A DNA stretch of 64,000 bases from a virus, in IMG/VR virus record IMGVR_UViG_3300020477_001475, positions 44,475-108,474 of that record; one strand, written 5' to 3'. Below are positions 49,333 through 59,390 of this stretch, piece by piece. The position numbers were made by a program, and so were the translations under genes. The notes under the pieces are model-generated. The model was given only the letters and a program-made list of their open reading frames with translations, did not search any database and was not told the origin of the DNA. Positions within the stretch are counted from its first letter, which is position 1. Each line of letters begins with the position of its first letter.

Positions 49333-51858
49333 TTAAAAAAATCTTTCAATAGAATTTTGTCTATCAGTAGGCATTTCCCAATTTAATGCATTATAAAACA
49401 TTATTATCTTCTTTTCCATAGCACCTTTGTATAACTTATCATAATTAGCATACTGCTTAATAAAATCCATAATTTCAGGTGGATCATCATAACCTTTAAA
49501 TGCTATAGCTTCAATACCATAAGAATTGTTTTTCAAATATATCCATTTTATTTTAGAACTATTTCTAATTGGTTCTATATTATTTAACCCAAAATGTTTT
49601 AATAAATCGTTATATTTAATAGAAGCTTTAACATGAACAGGAGTACCCTTCTTTAAATTACTAAATATAGATCCAGTGTTAGAAAATTTACTTCTCTTCT
49701 TATCCAAATACTTTTTCAAACCTTTAACACCAGTTGGTAATGCTATGTCTTCAATAGGTTCGGTTTTCATACTCTTTTTAAATTTCATTATAATATCATC
49801 AATGTCATCTTTTGGTTCATTTGATAATATCATTTGTAACACATTTTTCATTAAATCTCTCATCGCTGGTGGGAAATTACTTCTAACAATATCTAAACCT
49901 TTAACATCAAGTTTATCACATTTAACACCACCATCATTAATAATCCATTGACCATATCTTTTCTTTGTAACCCAAAATGCTGATTTGGCAACACACTCTT
50001 GTTTGATATCAAATCTATGATCACCTTTAATATTCAAAAACTTTTTAGCAAAATAATTATAACTATTATTAATAAAATCTTGAACTTCTTTAGCAACATC
50101 CAATATTTGTGTTGTCATAAATTCTTCATTATTAACATCTACATCTGGAAATCTTTTTTTAACAAGTGGTAAAGCCGGATAGAATACAGAATCAGTATCT
50201 GTATAAATACAATAATCTTCCTTATCATCAAGTTCTTTATTATAATAATGATTAGCTATCTTCTCTGTAAATTTTATTAATTCTTGTCCTGTTAATGTAG
50301 TAGCTTCAGCATTATCAACATCATAAAATCTGAATACAGGTAATCCTAACACACCATACAGAGAATTAAGAATAATCTTTTGAATATGTTGTCTTCTTTT
50401 AAAATAACCATATTTTTCATCATCACCTTCATTACCATATTTTTTCATAAGAGTTTTATATTCAACTCTTTCATTAAACCATTTTTCCAATAATACAGGA
50501 ATCAATCCCTTCCTATCATTTCTATATAATATACCATTAGAAGATATAGTTATATTATTTTCACTAAATAATTTTTTTAATTGTATTTCATCGAATGTAC
50601 CTTGTATCCTATTATTCTTTTCCAACGAATATGTTTTCGATGTACCCCTGATAAATTCTTCTGCATCCCAGCCAATCAATTTACCCAACTTCATTTCAGG
50701 TGATATATTTAAAGACATAATAACTGAAGGGTACATTGATGTCAAATCTAAATCATAAACCCAATCATATCTACCAGATTTTGGATCTTTTACATATGCC
50801 CCACTAAATTTTTCATCATCACTTTTCATTTTAGCACCAAACTTTTTGTTTGGGGCTATAACACCAACCTTCTTCATATAAACCAACATAGCACCTTCGA
50901 GATACCTACTACTATAAAAATTATCTTCATAAGGTACATGACCAAGATGACTAACACCACGAGCCAAATCAATAAATTTTAATTTATCATCTAATGCCTT
51001 TACAATAATAACATCATTTAAATTATATTCCACATATTTGTTTATATCGGTTTCATATAAATCTTGTAAAGTTCCCTCATACTCAATCTTACCAATACCA
51101 ACTTCAAGTTGACCTATGAAATCTAATCTATATGATGATTGTTGTGTATATGTAAACCATCTATACAATTTAAGATAATCAAGACATGATACACCAGCTA
51201 TTTTATACATTTTTCTGGAATCATTATAATAAACTTCACCTATGGGAGATAAAGTATTGGCAAAACTTTCACCCATAACCCTTTTAGTTCTATTATACAA
51301 ATATGGTATATCAAAACCATCTATATTCCAACCACTCAATATAGTTGGGTTTATTTCTAGATACTTTTGATAAAACCTCTGCAATAATTCTTCTTCACTA
51401 CCAAAAGCTTCTATAGTAGTTTTTTTATGAATTGAATTTTTGATATTTCCTAATATCAAACAAGTATAACTGTCAGCAACTTTATCATATAATGCTATAG
51501 ATGTTATTTTATTTTTAGCTATTGATGGATCTGGAAATCCATCAGTAACTTCAACTTCAATATCAAAAAATACTTCTCTGTGTCCAGTAGAAGATTCATC
51601 TGAATCACCATATCTATCAACTAATATTCGTGTTTCAACTGGAACATCAGATTCAAATACTCTGCCGTTTTCTAAATCTTCTTGTTCCCAATAATTAACT
51701 TTCTTCAATTTATCACCATATAAAGATTTATATGTTCCACTAGCAGATTTTAAGTACGCATATGGTTTGTAAATAAATTTTTGATAACCAACTTGATCAT
51801 CCCACAAGTGAACTTCTGAACCTTTAGCTAATCTTTTAACAAAAATGTTTTGATACAT
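49333..51858 (-). CDS. gp43: Family B DNA polymerase (T4 gp43-like)
   Basis: Exo FFDIE, GWN..FDIPY; pol DLTSMYPS, KIILNSLYG, YTDTDS, KKRY; C-terminal clamp-binding-like SIERFF. Confidence 0.95.
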   Translation of the reverse strand: MYQNIFVKRLAKGSEVHLWDDQVGYQKFIYKPYAYLKSASGTYKSLYGDKLKKVNYWEQEDLENGRVFESDVPVETRILVDRYGDSDESSTGHREVFFDIEVEVTDGFPDPSIAKNKITSIALYDKVADSYTCLILGNIKNSIHKKTTIEAFGSEEELLQRFYQKYLEINPTILSGWNIDGFDIPYLYNRTKRVMGESFANTLSPIGEVYYNDSRKMYKIAGVSCLDYLKLYRWFTYTQQSSYRLDFIGQLEVGIGKIEYEGTLQDLYETDINKYVEYNLNDVIIVKALDDKLKFIDLARGVSHLGHVPYEDNFYSSRYLEGAMLVYMKKVGVIAPNKKFGAKMKSDDEKFSGAYVKDPKSGRYDWVYDLDLTSMYPSVIMSLNISPEMKLGKLIGWDAEEFIRGTSKTYSLEKNNRIQGTFDEIQLKKLFSENNITISSNGILYRNDRKGLIPVLLEKWFNERVEYKTLMKKYGNEGDDEKYGYFKRRQHIQKIILNSLYGVLGLPVFRFYDVDNAEATTLTGQELIKFTEKIANHYYNKELDDKEDYCIYTDTDSVFYPALPLVKKRFPDVDVNNEEFMTTQILDVAKEVQDFINNSYNYFAKKFLNIKGDHRFDIKQECVAKSAFWVTKKRYGQWIINDGGVKCDKLDVKGLDIVRSNFPPAMRDLMKNVLQMILSNEPKDDIDDIIMKFKKSMKTEPIEDIALPTGVKGLKKYLDKKRSKFSNTGSIFSNLKKGTPVHVKASIKYNDLLKHFGLNNIEPIRNSSKIKWIYLKNNSYGIEAIAFKGYDDPPEIMDFIKQYANYDKLYKGAMEKKIIMFYNALNWEMPTDRQNSIERFF

Positions 51859-51863
51859 ATTAT

Positions 51864-51895
51864 AATTTATAACCTTTTTTAGATATAAAACAAGT
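51864..51895 (-). promoter_or_regulatory. Conserved sigma70-like phage promoter
   Basis: CTTGTTTTATATCTAAAAAAGGTTATAAATT, 5 nt before the polymerase ATG. Confidence 0.6.
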
Positions 51896-51896
51896 A

Positions 51897-52769
51897 TTAT
51901 TTATATAGGCTGAAATATCTTTCACCCCTATCACATAGAATTGTAACTACAACTCCATTGGGATTATGTTTTTCAATCCACCGTTCAGATGCTAACACAT
52001 TGGCTCCAGCCGATATACCAACAAATAAACCATTCTCTTTCGCAAGTCTTAATGCTCTTTCTTTAGCTTCTTCTGTAGATATAGTTATAACTTCACCCAC
52101 TTTATCTAAATCTACTAAAAACTTTGAACCATCACCAATACCTTGTATTCCGTGAAGTCCTTTTTCACCACCACTCATTACAGGAGATTCTGCAGGTTCT
52201 ACTGCTACAATTTTTGTTTTAAGATTTCTTTCTTCAACACCTTTTTGTAAACCCATTAAAGTTCCACCAGTTCCAGTACCAGCAATAAAAGCTGATATTT
52301 CTTGATTGAATTTTATCTGTGATGCATCGTTTAGGATTTCTTCAAATGTTGTCTTATGGTGACATTCAATGTTTAATGGATTATTAAATTGATTTAACTC
52401 AACATAACCATACCATTGAGCTAATTCTTCTTTATATCTAATAGCTTCATCAAAATCACCAGCATCAACTTCTTCTAAATCTGCTCCAAAGAACTTCATC
52501 ATCTTTTTTCGTTCTTCTGACATATCTGATGGCATAACGATTACACATTTATATCCTCGTTCTGCACACATCATAGCTAATGATATACCTGTGTTACCAC
52601 TTGTAGCTTCTATAATAGTATCACCTTTTTTTAATAATCCATCTTTTTCATATCTATCAAGAATATATTTAACAGGTCTATCCTTTATAGAACCACCAGG
52701 ATTGATAGCTTCTAACTTACCATATAACTTATCTGACAATTTTATCAGAGGTGTATTTCCTACTTCCAT
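51897..52769 (-). CDS. cysK: Cysteine synthase (O-acetylserine sulfhydrylase)
   Basis: GNTPL, NPGGSIKDR, ATSGNTG, GTGGT, HGIQGIG, DRGERY. Confidence 0.92.
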   Translation of the reverse strand: MEVGNTPLIKLSDKLYGKLEAINPGGSIKDRPVKYILDRYEKDGLLKKGDTIIEATSGNTGISLAMMCAERGYKCVIVMPSDMSEERKKMMKFFGADLEEVDAGDFDEAIRYKEELAQWYGYVELNQFNNPLNIECHHKTTFEEILNDASQIKFNQEISAFIAGTGTGGTLMGLQKGVEERNLKTKIVAVEPAESPVMSGGEKGLHGIQGIGDGSKFLVDLDKVGEVITISTEEAKERALRLAKENGLFVGISAGANVLASERWIEKHNPNGVVVTILCDRGERYFSLYK

Positions 52770-52770
52770 T

Positions 52771-53031
52771 TTATGACTCCAATTCCTCTATCTTATTTTC
52801 TAGAACTTTTATTTGTATTTGTTTATTTCTCATATCAAAATGATAATGTTGTTTCAATTCTTCATATTTTTCTTTCAATTCATTATATTTTTCAATTGAA
52901 ACTGCAACAGTTTCCATACCATGATATGAACTTTCATTTAATCCACAAAACCCATATGGATTTTTCTTTGGCGTTTTCCAATCTTTTCCTTTTGGGAATT
53001 TCTTTCTATAACTTTCTTCGTATTTATCCAT
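52771..53031 (-). CDS. Hypothetical coiled-coil protein
   Basis: 86 aa, downstream of a promoter motif. Confidence 0.5.
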   Translation of the reverse strand: MDKYEESYRKKFPKGKDWKTPKKNPYGFCGLNESSYHGMETVAVSIEKYNELKEKYEELKQHYHFDMRNKQIQIKVLENKIEELES

Positions 53032-53038
53032 AGGTGTT

Positions 53039-53070
53039 AATATATAACATTTTCAGGTATAAAGTCAAGC
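53039..53070 (-). promoter_or_regulatory. Conserved sigma70-like phage promoter
   Basis: GCTTGACTTTATACCTGAAAATGTTATATATT. Confidence 0.6.
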
Positions 53071-53081
53071 ATTTTTTATTA

Positions 53082-53336
53082 TTATGTGGGAATATTTTCT
53101 TGAGGTTGTATAGGATAAACAAATTGACATTGTGAACCACATACATTTATATTTCTACCCATCAAACAACACATAGAAATTGACAAATCGTTTATTGTTA
53201 TTTCACCATCACCATCATAGTCATTGAATTTAACACAATGTGAAGAATTACATATATCAATACCTGATTGTGCAACATTACAGTCTCCACCACAACCACC
53301 ATAAAACCACATTAAAGCTTCACTATAAGTTGACAT
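53082..53336 (-). CDS. Small Cys-rich protein with a single dockerin/EF-hand-like loop
   Basis: DYDGDGEITINDL. Confidence 0.55.
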   Translation of the reverse strand: MSTYSEALMWFYGGCGGDCNVAQSGIDICNSSHCVKFNDYDGDGEITINDLSISMCCLMGRNINVCGSQCQFVYPIQPQENIPT

Positions 53337-54448
53337 TATTTTCTCCTCCCAGGCCTATACCCACCTTTTCTCTTTTTTATTCTTTTACCACCATTTCCTT
53401 TGTGTGCATTCATCCCAACATTAACACTTTGATTTAAATATTGTGAAATAGTCAATGGTGTTCTTTCTACCGGTACCTTTTTAGTACCCTTTCTTTTAGT
53501 AGTTACCACAGGGGGTATTGGCGTTTGTTGTGTTGTAAGTTGATTGATAATTTGATTACCTTGAGTTGTATTTGGTCCTAATATACTATTAACTAAATTA
53601 ACAATATCAACTACATTTACTGTTCCATCACTATTAACATCTGCATTTTGAAGTGCTTGACCAACTAAATTATTACTACCCAATACATGATTTACAATTT
53701 GAACTATATCTACAACATTTACAACACCGTCTAAATTTGTATCACCTACTAAACCTTCCACTACAAAATTTTGTTCATAATCAGGAGTGGGATATCCTGG
53801 TGATGCATTATTTGAAAAAGTTGTGGGTGTCCAACTATTAGGATTATATGGATCAGTCAATGATATGGATTTAGTACCTCCCACATTAGTATTCCCATCA
53901 TCCGTATATTGAACATAAGTATGTGCATTAGTATAGTTACCTGTCCACTTACCTGTTGTATTATTAGTTGGTGGAGAAATATTTGATGGAAACAGAGCAA
54001 TTAAATCACAATCCCCATTTTGATGTGAGCAATCATAATCACCACAACCATGATTAGAAGTATTAGCTGGTTGATTAGAATCATTATACCCCATAACATA
54101 ACAAGGAGGATCTGGATTAGGGAAATTATTAATATTTTTATCATATATATCAGTACAATTCAAACCACCACATGGAGATGGAGATTCATATACAACTAAA
54201 AATTCTCCAGGTGGTAATATACAATCATTATTACAATAATTGGCAGTACCTGTCCAACCACCTTGACCTTGATAACATAAATCAAAATCAATCCATTTAT
54301 CGTCTTCATATCCACAATCAGTATTCCCAGGATGTCCATTATAACCAACAAACTTCCAACCACTTAAAGGTACTGGTGTATTACCAGCATTAAATATTTC
54401 AATCCATTCTGGTTCTGATTTTGATGATATTTCTGTTATTACAATCAT
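53336..54448 (-). CDS. Lamin-tail domain plus dockerin protein with basic C-terminal tail
   Basis: IVITEI..EWIEIFNAG..LSGWKF..LPPGEFLVV (LTD); GDTNLDGVVNVVDIVQIVNHVL / ADVNSDGTVNVVDIVNLVNSIL. Confidence 0.8.
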   Translation of the reverse strand: MIVITEISSKSEPEWIEIFNAGNTPVPLSGWKFVGYNGHPGNTDCGYEDDKWIDFDLCYQGQGGWTGTANYCNNDCILPPGEFLVVYESPSPCGGLNCTDIYDKNINNFPNPDPPCYVMGYNDSNQPANTSNHGCGDYDCSHQNGDCDLIALFPSNISPPTNNTTGKWTGNYTNAHTYVQYTDDGNTNVGGTKSISLTDPYNPNSWTPTTFSNNASPGYPTPDYEQNFVVEGLVGDTNLDGVVNVVDIVQIVNHVLGSNNLVGQALQNADVNSDGTVNVVDIVNLVNSILGPNTTQGNQIINQLTTQQTPIPPVVTTKRKGTKKVPVERTPLTISQYLNQSVNVGMNAHKGNGGKRIKKRKGGYRPGRRK

Positions 54449-55215
54449 TTATCCATAAACCTATCATAAGGTGTTTTTTCATAATTTCTGGTAGAACTTC
54501 TATTCCAACTTACTGGCATATCATTTATAAGTTCAAATGATCTGGGATTATAATTTGCACCAGATTTTATTCTATCCAATTGTTTATCCGACATAGATTT
54601 CCCATCCCTAATAAATAAATATTTTGAACCTCTAACTTTTTTAGAAATTCCAGTAAAATCTTTATATATTATATTATTTATAAGCATTTTATCCACAATA
54701 CCAATACTTTGATGATTAACTAATTGCATATGTTTAATTTTTGTTGCATTACCCATGTTCGCTGACGACCACATTTCTTTTCTTTCTTCAAAAGCTGGTA
54801 TTTCCAAATAATATAAATCCATAAAAAATCTGTGATCCATATGAGCATACCACATACCTTCATATATAATTTTTTCAACTAACTTGGCATCAAATTTTAT
54901 ACCAGGTTTGGGAACCATAACTACATCTATATCCCATGTAGGATATTCATATAACCAAGAACCAGTTAACCAATAATCATATAAATCATAATGTGCTATT
55001 TTACTAAAACTTTTTCTCCACCTTTTAAATAATAATTCATTTGGTTTATAAAAAGTTCCACTTGTAATTAACGGACCTATTTCAATTGAATTCACATTCC
55101 TACTTAAATTTTTTCTACTGATTGGGAATATCTTACCATCATTATGCTTTTTAATTCTAGAACGATTAGAATTATTGAAAAAAGATCTATCTCTATTTAT
55201 AATTTTTTTTAACAT
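54445..55215 (-). CDS. Pol-beta-superfamily nucleotidyltransferase-like protein
   Basis: WLTGS..WDIDVV..FMD. Confidence 0.55.
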   Translation of the reverse strand: MLKKIINRDRSFFNNSNRSRIKKHNDGKIFPISRKNLSRNVNSIEIGPLITSGTFYKPNELLFKRWRKSFSKIAHYDLYDYWLTGSWLYEYPTWDIDVVMVPKPGIKFDAKLVEKIIYEGMWYAHMDHRFFMDLYYLEIPAFEERKEMWSSANMGNATKIKHMQLVNHQSIGIVDKMLINNIIYKDFTGISKKVRGSKYLFIRDGKSMSDKQLDRIKSGANYNPRSFELINDMPVSWNRSSTRNYEKTPYDRFMDK

Positions 55216-55227
55216 AAAATATTCTCC

Positions 55228-58200
55228 TTAAGACCAATCATAATCATAGTCAAAATAATCATTATAATCATCCCACCAATCTTGTTCAGGCCAATAATCC
55301 CAATAATCAATTATATCATCATCTGGATCGTCATAACTATAATCCCACCAACATGTATAACAATATGGTATATAATCACATTCACCAAGACAACAGCCAT
55401 CAGGACAAAAATAGTCATCATAACCACCACCAAATATTTCTTCCCAGTTACAACTATTATCATAATAACAACCCCAATAATCTATTTCACTACCAGGAAG
55501 CCACCAAGCACTACAATCAGGTGTAGTACATGTTGGAAATTTTGTATATCCCCAATGATTATCACTCTTACAAACCCCAGTAGATATAAATCTACCCAAA
55601 CCTTGTGAAAAATTAAGTCTATACCACATCGCATTATATTTTGCAATACTATGAGGTTCACCTTCTTCATTAAGATAATAGTCAGAATTAAAATTAAACA
55701 TTTTATAATTAGGCATACCTTGATAATCATCTATAATGTCACAATCATTGACATACATCCATTGTTGACCACAATCATCATCCATCAGATTTAGGTATAT
55801 TTGTTCCGGGTTATTTCCCATGTCAACAAATGATTGTGATAATTTCATAGGACCTTTTATTGGTTTACCATCTTCACCAATTCTATAATACCATGGTGCA
55901 CCTTCTTGAAATGGAAATTTAGTATAATTATACATATCATATCTATTTTCAGACTGATTAAAAATATCTCCTTCACCATATACATTATATTCATCTGGCA
56001 TTGGTGAAAATTCATTTGGGTTATATAAACCATCAGCATTTTCAGCGGAAATATTAACAGGAATAGCCGCATTACTTGAAGTTGGTAAAATTTCTTGTAC
56101 TCTTCTAGAAACTATATATGCCCAACCATCCCATGTAGATACAAAATCTATTAATCCAGCATGCCAATGTTCTCCATACCAATAAGGATCCACACCATTT
56201 ACATAATCATCACACGAACCATCTTGTTCATCATGATCAAAAAAACAATTTCTCCAACCATCACCGAGAGCAATTCCTCTCCTATGCCCTAAAAGTACAG
56301 TAGTATTGCTATTACCTTCAACATTTTGCCTTAAAAAATCCAAAGGACTAAAAGGTATACATTGACGTACCAAACCACTAGCACCCATTTCTTGATCATC
56401 AATTGAATCTGTATAATAAACCCAATCATCATGGTCATTGGAATTTGGTGCACCATTAGTTGGTCTAAAATCACATGTGTCTGGGTTGTGACAATGTTTA
56501 ATAGATGTTAAATTGAATCCTTGATCCCAACCTAATTGATCTCCTATAGTACCATCTCCACCTACATCATCACAATAACCAAAATTTCTAGGATCTTTTA
56601 TCACATCCAATAAGTCATTATCATCTGGGCTCAAACCTTTATATCTATCCTTAAAGAAATCAATTACACCCTCTTTTGTTTGCCCATCAGATCCAACACC
56701 ATAAGGATAAGGAACTGTAAAATGTTCCCACCCATTCCTTTCATCCATATAATGAACCCAATCATCTACCCAATCAGGATAAACTTGGAATAACAACCCA
56801 TCATTAGCTGAAAAATCTCCTTCAAATCCATGTTGATCTGCGGGAGTCCATATAGGGTTACCATCATCATCATAAGGGTGTGATCCTGGCCACCTTTCCA
56901 TAACAGGTTGTTCCCATTGAGTATCTGAACAACCTTGAAACCAATTACTATCCTCTGACGGGTTAGAAACGGATATCCCAGGTGAAACTCCCTCTACAGG
57001 GTTAGATTGTAACCAACTAAATCTAATGGAATAATGATACCCATTTTGTACTTGAAATCTATATATAACTACAGATTCATCCATACCACCAGTAGATTCA
57101 TCACCATTTTGTTGATAAAATTCACTTTGACTGATAGTACCAGTATCCTGCCAAGACCATAATATACCAGCTAATTCTTCACATATTGGGTTTGAAAAAG
57201 TATAATTTATCCCCATTTCTTCAGCAGAAGTAAAATTTTCAATTTCTGATTCACATTCATCCCAATGTGAAGAAGTAAACCCATCATCTAAAAATTCAAC
57301 AGAATTTGACCAAAAACAACTACCATCATCCACATTTGCTTTTGGATTATAACTTAAAGCAGAAGGATCTGTACAACCTTCTATTACTTCATATTTTTCC
57401 CACACATTATATAAACCAGTAACATAAAATATACCAGGATAAATTTGAGAATTACCTCTATCTTCATAAGTATCAATATCATAGTGATTTGGGTCTGTTA
57501 AATAAAAACAAAACTTTTTTTGTGGTTCTGAAGAATATGGATTATCACCCGGAAACCAATAACCATTACCATTATAATTTATACCCAATTCTGGTGTTGG
57601 ATTAGATAATTCTAAATTTTCAATAAAACAATGTAATGGAGCAAAATCTGCTGGATATTCATTTGATGGTATTTTACCATGATAACTATTATTAAAAATT
57701 CTGCTACCTTGTTTTGCAATATCAACCCAAGTATCACCATACACAGTAATTGGAGAAGTATCTGTATAATCAGAAGGTATAGAATTATGTGTGGGATATT
57801 CAGGTAAGGGTACACTTGTAGCCGAACCAGCAAACACATCTAACATCGTACCATCATAACCTTGAGTACCAGACGATAATTTACCCCATATATGATCGTC
57901 CACTGAAAAATTATCTTCATCTGTCCATATAACAGCTGATGGTTGTATTGGTAACATAGATTGACCATCATTATTTAACTGACCAGTAGCTTTTTCCGCT
58001 AAATAAATTATAGTTGGGTCATTAGAAAAATATATATTTGCACATTGAGTAGTATACATACCCAGTTCAACATCACCAGCTTGAAATTGATTATCACATT
58101 CTTCTTGACCAGGTCTAGTTAAAAATACCCAATTTTCTATGTCGTCAAAATCAGGTTCATCATCAACAGTCATATCAATGTCCAATGTTTCCAAAACAGT

Positions 58201-59310
58201 ATTGTGTGTATTAGGAGGTGCAAAGTTCATACACCCTTGATTAGAATCATCACCACCACAATATGAATTCATACCATCTTCATTTTGAAATTGTTGCCAA
58301 TATGTTGGAATCCATCCCCAATTATATTGAGGATTTTCACCTCTTTGATAATGTGGATATAATTTACTTTTTGATAAACCATCATTATGACTTAAATCAA
58401 ATTTAAAATACGTTTGGGGTATATCTTCACCTAAATATGTTTGATAAGGAAAACTAAATGTATTTACCCATGCATATTCATCCACATCATGTTCAAACGC
58501 GTCTTGTGACCATATATTAATTCCGTGAGGTAAACAATCTAAAGCAGAACTTTTACAATTATCACATGAAGGTCCAGGACCAAATGGATTATCACAATCA
58601 TTAGAAGTAAATATTTCTTCACATAAGCTATCATCTGATGGGTAAGTATAACCATCACAACCATATAAATTTCCAATTGAACCATCTTCATTTACACACA
58701 CACTGTTTTGACACCAATTTACTGTTTCTTCTGGCCAATTTTCATAACCAAAAGCAGCTGCTCCAGTATTACCATCATAATCTGCAAATCTAGCTCTAGC
58801 TTTAAAAAGAATACCAGTACCAAATTGACTATCAGGTCCACTATTTTCTTCATTAAGTGATATAGCTGTTATACGACTACCAGGTTTAAAACCAGATCCA
58901 TCAGTTTGTTCATTACCTTCTGGATCCAAATTTTTAAAATCCGTATAAAAACCAGCTTCATTATAATAATCACTATAAATTCTTGTTATTTGTATACCAT
59001 TTGGATTTAAATCACCACTTGTGTCTGGTGTTAATGTGTGTTCTGTGTTTGTCCAATCAAAAAATAAATCAAATGAACCTATAGGATTCCAGCAAGGAGG
59101 TTCTGAACAAGTATGTGTTGATGTATCCCACAATACACCATCCCATTCAATATTATCACCCCGAGTCCAAGCTACAGAAAAATTGAAATAACCATTTTCT
59201 TCAGGTTCATTACTAGCAAGAGGGTTGTCACCTTTTGTAAACCATATTTGATTTATATAAAGGTATACATCACAATTACTTTCTGCAACACAATTTTGAT
59301 TAAAAGACAT
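55228..59310 (-). CDS. Large acidic Cys/Trp-rich protein, possible cohesin-like N-terminus, D/Y/W-rich tail
   Basis: 1360 aa; GCTDPSALSYNPKANVDDGSC repeat; PIGSFDL..GF..ITAISL..GILFKA. Confidence 0.7.
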   Translation of the reverse strand: MSFNQNCVAESNCDVYLYINQIWFTKGDNPLASNEPEENGYFNFSVAWTRGDNIEWDGVLWDTSTHTCSEPPCWNPIGSFDLFFDWTNTEHTLTPDTSGDLNPNGIQITRIYSDYYNEAGFYTDFKNLDPEGNEQTDGSGFKPGSRITAISLNEENSGPDSQFGTGILFKARARFADYDGNTGAAAFGYENWPEETVNWCQNSVCVNEDGSIGNLYGCDGYTYPSDDSLCEEIFTSNDCDNPFGPGPSCDNCKSSALDCLPHGINIWSQDAFEHDVDEYAWVNTFSFPYQTYLGEDIPQTYFKFDLSHNDGLSKSKLYPHYQRGENPQYNWGWIPTYWQQFQNEDGMNSYCGGDDSNQGCMNFAPPNTHNTVLETLDIDMTVDDEPDFDDIENWVFLTRPGQEECDNQFQAGDVELGMYTTQCANIYFSNDPTIIYLAEKATGQLNNDGQSMLPIQPSAVIWTDEDNFSVDDHIWGKLSSGTQGYDGTMLDVFAGSATSVPLPEYPTHNSIPSDYTDTSPITVYGDTWVDIAKQGSRIFNNSYHGKIPSNEYPADFAPLHCFIENLELSNPTPELGINYNGNGYWFPGDNPYSSEPQKKFCFYLTDPNHYDIDTYEDRGNSQIYPGIFYVTGLYNVWEKYEVIEGCTDPSALSYNPKANVDDGSCFWSNSVEFLDDGFTSSHWDECESEIENFTSAEEMGINYTFSNPICEELAGILWSWQDTGTISQSEFYQQNGDESTGGMDESVVIYRFQVQNGYHYSIRFSWLQSNPVEGVSPGISVSNPSEDSNWFQGCSDTQWEQPVMERWPGSHPYDDDGNPIWTPADQHGFEGDFSANDGLLFQVYPDWVDDWVHYMDERNGWEHFTVPYPYGVGSDGQTKEGVIDFFKDRYKGLSPDDNDLLDVIKDPRNFGYCDDVGGDGTIGDQLGWDQGFNLTSIKHCHNPDTCDFRPTNGAPNSNDHDDWVYYTDSIDDQEMGASGLVRQCIPFSPLDFLRQNVEGNSNTTVLLGHRRGIALGDGWRNCFFDHDEQDGSCDDYVNGVDPYWYGEHWHAGLIDFVSTWDGWAYIVSRRVQEILPTSSNAAIPVNISAENADGLYNPNEFSPMPDEYNVYGEGDIFNQSENRYDMYNYTKFPFQEGAPWYYRIGEDGKPIKGPMKLSQSFVDMGNNPEQIYLNLMDDDCGQQWMYVNDCDIIDDYQGMPNYKMFNFNSDYYLNEEGEPHSIAKYNAMWYRLNFSQGLGRFISTGVCKSDNHWGYTKFPTCTTPDCSAWWLPGSEIDYWGCYYDNSCNWEEIFGGGYDDYFCPDGCCLGECDYIPYCYTCWWDYSYDDPDDDIIDYWDYWPEQDWWDDYNDYFDYDYDWS

Positions 59311-59390
59311 GAAATCCCCTATTAATTATATTTCTATACATAGATAAATATAAAATTAATATTTTTTAAATAGGGGGAATTAAATAAAAA

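Noticed and set aside
15678-54448. Genome-wide TGA reassignment (code 4/25) as the explanation for the protease UGA
   Set aside because: Many complete genes end in TGA overlapping the next ATG (15678-15681, 19451-19454, 22940-22943, 42495-42498, 47630-47633, 54445-54448), and long genes contain no internal TGA.
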